A stretch of DNA of 64,000 nucleotides from Thermoanaerobaculia bacterium (lineage in GTDB: Bacteria > Acidobacteriota > Thermoanaerobaculia > Multivoradales > Multivoraceae). This document shows positions 58,390-64,000 of the stretch, in pieces. The translations under genes were made by a program, and so were the position numbers. How positions within the stretch are numbered: position 1 is the first letter of the stretch; every line of letters begins with the position of its first letter. The stretch covers positions 128,001 through 192,000 of the forward strand of contig OY762911.1 in NCBI GenBank assembly GCA_963666565.1, read 5' to 3'. The notes under the pieces are model-generated. The model did not search any database and had not been told where the DNA came from. It worked only from the letters and a program-made list of their open reading frames with translations.

Positions 58390-59451
58390 CTACGCGACGG
58401 TGACGTCGTCGCAGAGGTAGACGTCCTGGATGTGGTTCAGGAGCTCCACGCCCTCCGCCATCGGCCGCTGGAACGCCTTGCGGCCGGAAATCAGTCCCTG
58501 GCCGCCGGCGCGGCGGTTGATGACGGCGGTCCGCACGGCGGCTTCGAGGTCGCCGGCGCCGCTGGAGGAACCGCCCGAGTTGATCAGGCCGATCCGGCCC
58601 ATGTAGCAGTTCGCGACCTGCCAGCGCACGAGGTCGACGGGATGGTCGGACACCAGATCGCTGTAGACCAGGTCGTGAGTCTTGCCGAAGCCGACCGCCG
58701 GGAAGCCGCCGTTCTTTGTCGCCTGCTTCTGCTTGACGACGTCCGCCTCGATCGTCACGCCGAGGTGGTTCGCCTGGCCGGTCAGGTCGGCCGAGTCGTG
58801 GTAGTCGACGCCGTCCACGACGAACGCGCTGTTGCGGAGGTAGCACCAGAGAATGCAGGCCATGCCGAGTTCGTGGGCCTGCTGGAAGCACTCGGCGATC
58901 TCCACCAGCTCTTCCCGACACACCTCGGCGCCGAAGTAGACCGTGGCCCCAACCGCGGCCGCACCCAGATCCCAGGCCTGCTCCACCTGGGAGAACAGAA
59001 CCTGGTGGTACGTGTGGGGATGGGTCAGGCTCTCGTTGTGGTTGATCTTGACGATGAACGGGATCTTGTGGGCGTAGCGCCGGCCGATGCTGCCCAGCAC
59101 GCCGAGGGTGGAGGCGACGCCGTTGCAGCCGCCCTCCATCGCCAACCGGACGATGTTCTCGGGATCGAAGTAGATCGGGTTCGGCGCGAACGACGCCGCG
59201 CCCGAGTGCTCGATCCCCTGGTCCACGGGCAGGATGGAGAGATAGCCGGTGCCGCCGAGACGGCCGTGCCCGAGTAGCCGCTGCAGACTCGCCAGGGTGC
59301 GGTTGTTGCGGTCCGAGGGACCGAACGCGCGGTCGACGATGTCGGGCCCCGGCGCCGTCAGGTGGTCCTTCGGTATCCCGGTGCAGACGTGGCCGAGAAG
59401 GCTCTCCGCCTCGCTGCCGAGAAGCTGTTCGATGCGCGCGATGTCGGCCAT
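58390..59451 (-). CDS. fbaB: Class I fructose-bisphosphate aldolase (DhnA/FbaB type)
   Basis: [36 protein letters not shown]. Confidence 0.93.
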   Translation of the reverse strand: MADIARIEQLLGSEAESLLGHVCTGIPKDHLTAPGPDIVDRAFGPSDRNNRTLASLQRLLGHGRLGGTGYLSILPVDQGIEHSGAASFAPNPIYFDPENIVRLAMEGGCNGVASTLGVLGSIGRRYAHKIPFIVKINHNESLTHPHTYHQVLFSQVEQAWDLGAAAVGATVYFGAEVCREELVEIAECFQQAHELGMACILWCYLRNSAFVVDGVDYHDSADLTGQANHLGVTIEADVVKQKQATKNGGFPAVGFGKTHDLVYSDLVSDHPVDLVRWQVANCYMGRIGLINSGGSSSGAGDLEAAVRTAVINRRAGGQGLISGRKAFQRPMAEGVELLNHIQDVYLCDDVTVA

Positions 59452-59541
59452 GGTTCTCCTCCGGTTCAGCGACCCGGCGGGTCGGATCGGCGGCATTCTA
59501 GTAGCTGAACCGACACCGGCGGGAGGCGGCCGTCCGAAGCG

Positions 59542-60117
59542 TCAGTTCAGGCTGGAGGCGGGCGGCGGCGCCGTTTCGGGGCGGTCGAGCACGGCCAGGA
59601 GCTGGAGCAGCACGTCGAGCGCCGGACCCCACAGCCGGTGCCGGCCGAGGTGGTAGACGGCGAGCGGCACGGGCTGTCCCTCGATCTCGAAGGTCCTCTC
59701 CTCGACCAGCCGGGGCTGCCGGAGCGCCGACAGCGGCAGCCGCACGCCCGGCGCCTCCGCGTTGCTGCCGTCGTCTTCGGGAGACGGAACGGCGACGACG
59801 CAGGCCCGCAGCCGGAAGCCGCCGCTGCCGCCGACCTCGTCCAGCTCGCCGAGGCGGAGGATCCGCGACGGGTCGACGCCGAGACCGACGCTGCCGAGCC
59901 GCGCCACGGTCGGCCAGGGGTCGTCGCCCTCGAAGGCGGCCGCCGGGAAGCTGAGCGGCGGCGACTCGTTCGGCTCTTCCCGCAGCAGCGTCCAGAGTTC
60001 GGCCGACTCGACGTACAGCGGCACCACGACCGCGACCCTGGCGCCGTCGCCGTCCGGCGCCGCGGGCAGCCGCCTCGAACCCTCGAGCCGGCGCCGAACT
60101 TCGAGGATCCAGCTCAC
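59542..60117 (-). CDS. Nudix-fold (CoA pyrophosphatase-like) protein with a degenerate Nudix box
   Basis: AVVVPL...LSFP...LGELD...LPLSAL...LWG pattern, but no REUXEE. Confidence 0.6.
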   Translation of the reverse strand: MSWILEVRRRLEGSRRLPAAPDGDGARVAVVVPLYVESAELWTLLREEPNESPPLSFPAAAFEGDDPWPTVARLGSVGLGVDPSRILRLGELDEVGGSGGFRLRACVVAVPSPEDDGSNAEAPGVRLPLSALRQPRLVEERTFEIEGQPVPLAVYHLGRHRLWGPALDVLLQLLAVLDRPETAPPPASSLN

Positions 60118-60148
60118 GGAGCCGACCCTATCCGCGGCGCGCCGCGCT

Positions 60149-61792
60149 TCACAGCTCGCGGTCGCAGGCGATGGCGCCGCAGAGGCTCATCGAGCCGCCG
60201 CCGAAGAGGTGCGGCTCGAACCGAAGCCGCGCCGGTCCGATCGGCCGCCGGATCCTGAGGGGGATCCGGCAGGAGTCGCCCGGCGGAAGGTCGCGCGGCA
60301 GCGGAATCCAGGGCCTGCCCCGGAGCAGGTCCCGTCCGCCGCTCCAGAGCTGGGGCTCCAGCACGACGCCGCCGTCCTCGTTGCGGCCCGAAAGCCAGGT
60401 GGCGAAGCCCGTGTTCGTGACGACGAGTTCGACCGACCGCCGCTCGCCCTCCCGCCAGGGCGGCTCGCAACCCTCGACGTCGATTCGCCCCGGCAACCAG
60501 CCCCAGGTCAGCGACGTGGGCGGCGAAGGCTCGGGCGCGAGGAACGCCTCGGGCTTCCCGGCCGGCGCGACGGACCACTCGTCCAGCACCTCGACCACCG
60601 CCCGCGCCGCCGCCGCCGGCTCGTGCTCGCGCTCGATGAAGGTCCGCGCCGCGGCGCCCATCTCCGCCAGCCGCTCCGGCGCCGCGAGAAGGCCCCGCAG
60701 CAGACCGGCGAGCGCGCCGGCCTCGGCGGCCGGATCGTCCTCCAGCGGCGCCTTGATCGCGACGCCGTCCGGCAGCTCGACGAACTGCGCGTAGTCCGAC
60801 ACGACCGCGGCCCGGCCCAGCGCCAGGATGCGCAGCAGCGACGCCGACGTCTCGCCCGCGCTCGGGTAGCGCAGGTTCAGGCACAGGTCGCAGGCGGCGA
60901 TGGCGGTCGGGAAGGTCCCGGGATCGAGAAAGCCGGTCATCGCGACCCGTTCCCGGACCCCCAGGTCCCGGGCCAGCGCCGCGAGATCGAACTCCGCCGC
61001 CACGTCTCCCACCACCAGCGCATGCGCCTCCTCCATCCCCGGCTCGGCGAGGATGCGAAGCAGCACGTCCGTGCGCTTGATCGGGGTCTGGAAGCCGAAG
61101 GAACCGATCAGCACGGCCGACGCGGGAATGCCGGCCTGACGCCGCCAGGCGGCCGCCCGCTCGGGCGCGGGCAGCTCGGGCGCCGGCATCGGCATCGGCA
61201 CCCGGCGCATCGGCGGCAGCCGGCCGTCGGCGAACTCCCCCAGCTCCTCCTCCAGGAACCGGAGACCCCAGTCGCTGTGGGTCAGCAGTCCCCGCTGCCG
61301 GAGCAGCAGCGACCGGTGCGCCGGCATCTCGAACAGACGCGCCCGGCCGTGGCCGCCCCAGCGGATCGAGAGCGCCGCGGCGGCGCCCTCCCAGCCGTGC
61401 TCGGCGCCCAGTCCGTCCACGTAGGCGTCCAGGTCGCCGGAAGCCAGCGTCGACTCGACCAGCAGGTGGTGCAGGCGCAGGTCGTGTACGGTCACCACCC
61501 CCGGAAACTCCATCGCCAACCGCCGCACGCCCTCGTGGTAGACGTTGTTGCCCATCTGGTAGAAGGGCAGGCGGCCGACGGGGTCCAGCGCCTCCGCGTC
61601 GACCGCCGGATAGCGGCTCAGGACCTCCGGCGCGACCTCCTGCCCCGGCAGGCGCACCAGGCGCAGGTCGCACAGGGGCGCGAGTTCGTCCAGCAGGTCG
61701 ACGCTGTAGTCGGCGATGCCCGATCTGACCGGCGGCAACGGCGACACGAAGTCGACCGCCGGGGATTTGCCGGCACTAGGCCCGATCGCCAT
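60149..61792 (-). CDS. Glycosyltransferase family 4 with C-terminal Ig-like domain
   Basis: SPLPPVRSGIADYS, YQMGNN, HD, LRYPSAGETSA. Confidence 0.88.
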   Translation of the reverse strand: MAIGPSAGKSPAVDFVSPLPPVRSGIADYSVDLLDELAPLCDLRLVRLPGQEVAPEVLSRYPAVDAEALDPVGRLPFYQMGNNVYHEGVRRLAMEFPGVVTVHDLRLHHLLVESTLASGDLDAYVDGLGAEHGWEGAAAALSIRWGGHGRARLFEMPAHRSLLLRQRGLLTHSDWGLRFLEEELGEFADGRLPPMRRVPMPMPAPELPAPERAAAWRRQAGIPASAVLIGSFGFQTPIKRTDVLLRILAEPGMEEAHALVVGDVAAEFDLAALARDLGVRERVAMTGFLDPGTFPTAIAACDLCLNLRYPSAGETSASLLRILALGRAAVVSDYAQFVELPDGVAIKAPLEDDPAAEAGALAGLLRGLLAAPERLAEMGAAARTFIEREHEPAAAARAVVEVLDEWSVAPAGKPEAFLAPEPSPPTSLTWGWLPGRIDVEGCEPPWREGERRSVELVVTNTGFATWLSGRNEDGGVVLEPQLWSGGRDLLRGRPWIPLPRDLPPGDSCRIPLRIRRPIGPARLRFEPHLFGGGSMSLCGAIACDREL

Positions 61793-62901
61793 CGGGAGCT
61801 TCGAGCTGCTGGCCCAGCCAGGCGTCGATGAACGGATCGAGGTCGCCGTCGAGCACGCGCTCCACCGCCGACACCTCGAGCCGGGTCCGGTGGTCCTTGA
61901 CCATGCGGTACGGGTGCAGGACGTAGCTGCGGATCTGGGACCCGAAGCCGATCTCCATCTTCTGGCCCTCGCGCTCCGCCTGTTCCTCGCGCCGCTTCTG
62001 CACTTCCCGGTCGTAGAGCCGCGCCTTGAGAATCTTCATCGCCATCGCGCGGTTCTTGATCTGGCTGCGCTCGTTCTGACAACTGACCACGATGCCGCTC
62101 GGCAGGTGGGTGATCCGCACCGCCGAGTCCGTCACGTTGACGTGCTGGCCGCCGGCGCCGGACGACCGGAAGGTATCGATGCGGATGTCCTTGTCCTCGA
62201 CCTCGACGTCGATGTCGTCCTCCACCTCGGGGTAGGCGTAGACGGAGGCGAACGAGGTGTGGCGCCGCTTCGCCGCGTCGAAGGGCGAGATGCGAACCAG
62301 CCGGTGGACGCCGTTCTCGCCGCGCAGGCGGCCGAAGGCGTAGTCGCCCCGCACCGCCACCGTAGCGCTCTTGAGCCCGGCCTCGTCGCCGTCCAGCCGC
62401 TCCAGCAGGGTGACGTCGAACCCGCTCCGCTCGGCCCAGCGCAGGTACATCCGCAGCAGGATCTCCGCCCAGTCCTGCGAGTCGGTCCCGCCCTCGCCGG
62501 GATGGATGGCGAGCAGGGCGCTGCGGTCGTCGTCCTCGCCGGAGAGCTTCAGTTCCAGGTCGAGCGCCGTCGACTCGCGCTCCACGCGGTCGATGAACGC
62601 GTCGAGTTCCGCGCCGTCCTCGTCGCCGAGGGCGTCCTCGGCGAGCAGTTCGAGCCAGGCCCCGATCTCGTCCCGGTCGGCGTCCAGCCGCGTCAGCGTC
62701 GCCCGCCGGCGTTCGAGGGCGCGGCGGCGGCGCAGGAGCGGCGCGCTCTTCCTCGGCTCGTCCCAGAAACCGGGCTGCTGCATCTCGTGATCCAGCGCGG
62801 CCAGCTGTTCCTCGAGCTCGGCCGGGTCAAAGATACCTCCGCAGGCCGTCGAGACGGACCCCGAGGTCGGAAAGCGAGCGGTTCGCGTCGGCGGCGATCA
62901 T
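61776..62901 (-). CDS. prfB: Peptide chain release factor 2 with programmed +1 frameshift
   Basis: ORF0 62901-62827 ends ...GGAGG TAT CTT TGA C. The +1 frame carries the SPF and GGQ motifs. Confidence 0.96.
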
Positions 62902-64000
62902 CGGCGCAGTATGGCAAAGGCGGCGAGCGCGACGCAAAGCAGGGGCACGAGCAGGGGCGCCCGCGAGAAGGGAGTCGTCCCGCCGAGCGGGCCGATCCGG
63001 GCCTGCATGACGGTCGCCTCGTCGATCCCCGTGGCGGCCAGCACCTGGCCGCGCCGGTCGATCACGGCCGAGATGCCGGTGATCGCGGCCCGGACGAGCG
63101 GCCGCCCGTTCTCGGCGGCGCGGAAGCGGGCGGGCCGCAGGTGCTGGTGCGGCGCCCAGGTCCGGCCGTACCAGGAGTCGTTGGTGATCGTCACGAGCAG
63201 GTCGGCCCCGCGCCGCACCCGCGCCGCCACCTGCTCCGGGAAGACGATCTCGAAGCAGATCGACACGCCGAGCCGGGCGCCGTCCGCGTCGAGCAGACGG
63301 ACCTCGTCGCCCGGAGAGAAGCCGCCGGCCTGGCGCGCCAACTGCCGCACCGCCGGCAGGTAGCGGCCGAGCGGAACGTACTCCCCGAACGGAACGAGGT
63401 GCATCTTGTCGTAGGTCTGCCGCCCGGCGCGCGAGGCGCCGTCCGCTCCGGGCGTCAGCAGGTAGGCGGCGTTGAAGGCCCGGTCCTCTTCGCCCGACCG
63501 GTCCCGGCGCGCGCTGTTCAGGAGCAGGGAGCAGCCGCCGGCAACGAGCTCCTCGAGGTCGCGGGCGAAGCCGCCGTCCCGCTCCACTTCGTACGGCCAG
63601 GCGGCGCTCTCCGGCCAGAGGACGAGCCGGCCCGGTTCGCAAGCCTGGCGGCTGAGCGCGAAGAGCCGCCGGTAGTTCTCGGCGAGGTCGGCGAACCGCT
63701 CGTCCGGGCCGCCATCGACCATCTCGGCGGTCGCCATGTGGATGTTCGGCTGCACGACGGCCACCTCGAGGCTGCGTTCGTCGCCCAGCCGCCGGTCGAG
63801 GTTGGTCCAGCGGGCGAGCGCAAGGATCGCCGCGACCGCGGCCAGGACGGCCAGGGCCGCCCGGCGCGTCTCCCGGTCGCCGAGGCGGAGCAGGGCGAGA
63901 CCGGCTGCGGCGACCAGGAGCGAGAGGCCGTGGCTGCCGATCCAGCGGGTGGCGTCGAGGGCGCCGGGGACGTCCACCCAGGCGTAGCCCAGCAGGTTCC
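62898..64000 (-). CDS. lnt: Apolipoprotein N-acyltransferase, 5' end outside window
   Basis: QPNI, WPES, YDKMHLVPFGEY, ICFE, TNDSW. Confidence 0.93.
   Translation of the reverse strand, partial: NLLGYAWVDVPGALDATRWIGSHGLSLLVAAAGLALLRLGDRETRRAALAVLAAVAAILALARWTNLDRRLGDERSLEVAVVQPNIHMATAEMVDGGPDERFADLAENYRRLFALSRQACEPGRLVLWPESAAWPYEVERDGGFARDLEELVAGGCSLLLNSARRDRSGEEDRAFNAAYLLTPGADGASRAGRQTYDKMHLVPFGEYVPLGRYLPAVRQLARQAGGFSPGDEVRLLDADGARLGVSICFEIVFPEQVAARVRRGADLLVTITNDSWYGRTWAPHQHLRPARFRAAENGRPLVRAAITGISAVIDRRGQVLAATGIDEATVMQARIGPLGGTTPFSRAPLLVPLLCVALAAFAILRR

Overview
GC-rich bacterial DNA, most plausibly an Acidobacteriota (Thermoanaerobaculia-like) genome, possibly host- or sponge-associated (inference from the WFFDxxNxEVLVKVLDGC domains, WD40 and M60 proteins and many TA modules). 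The left 4 kb looks like the edge of a defence island: a PD-(D/E)XK nuclease, an AbiU2-type HEPN protein and a second nuclease-like gene. It also holds a 1.87-kb IS-like element with no terminal inverted repeats. That element is bounded by GACTAG direct repeats, has subterminal hairpins, and encodes one 533-aa protein with a Rep_trans-like YxK..RxE motif and a winged helix. It is the best candidate here for a poorly described (possibly rolling-circle) mobile system. The 4-42 kb region is accessory: a peptide ABC importer lacking ATPases, three ABC exporters (two are close paralogs in inverted orientation), an atypical GH32, a stand-alone WD40 propeller, a TonB receptor, a cytochrome c/copper monooxygenase fusion, hydrolases, an M60 peptidase and an FG-GAP fusion protein. 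The 42-64 kb region is mostly core genes (recN, proC, proline dehydrogenase, lipAB, fbaB, prfB with its +1 frameshift, lnt) plus a hydantoinase/TonB-receptor block. Five intact type II TA pairs and one antitoxin remnant are interspersed, several apparently leaderless. Two related REP-like palindrome families occur, with some copies translated in frame, and there is a 160-bp MITE/REPIN-like element. No tRNA, rRNA or CRISPR array was recognised. All assignments come from reading motifs by eye; no database searches were run.
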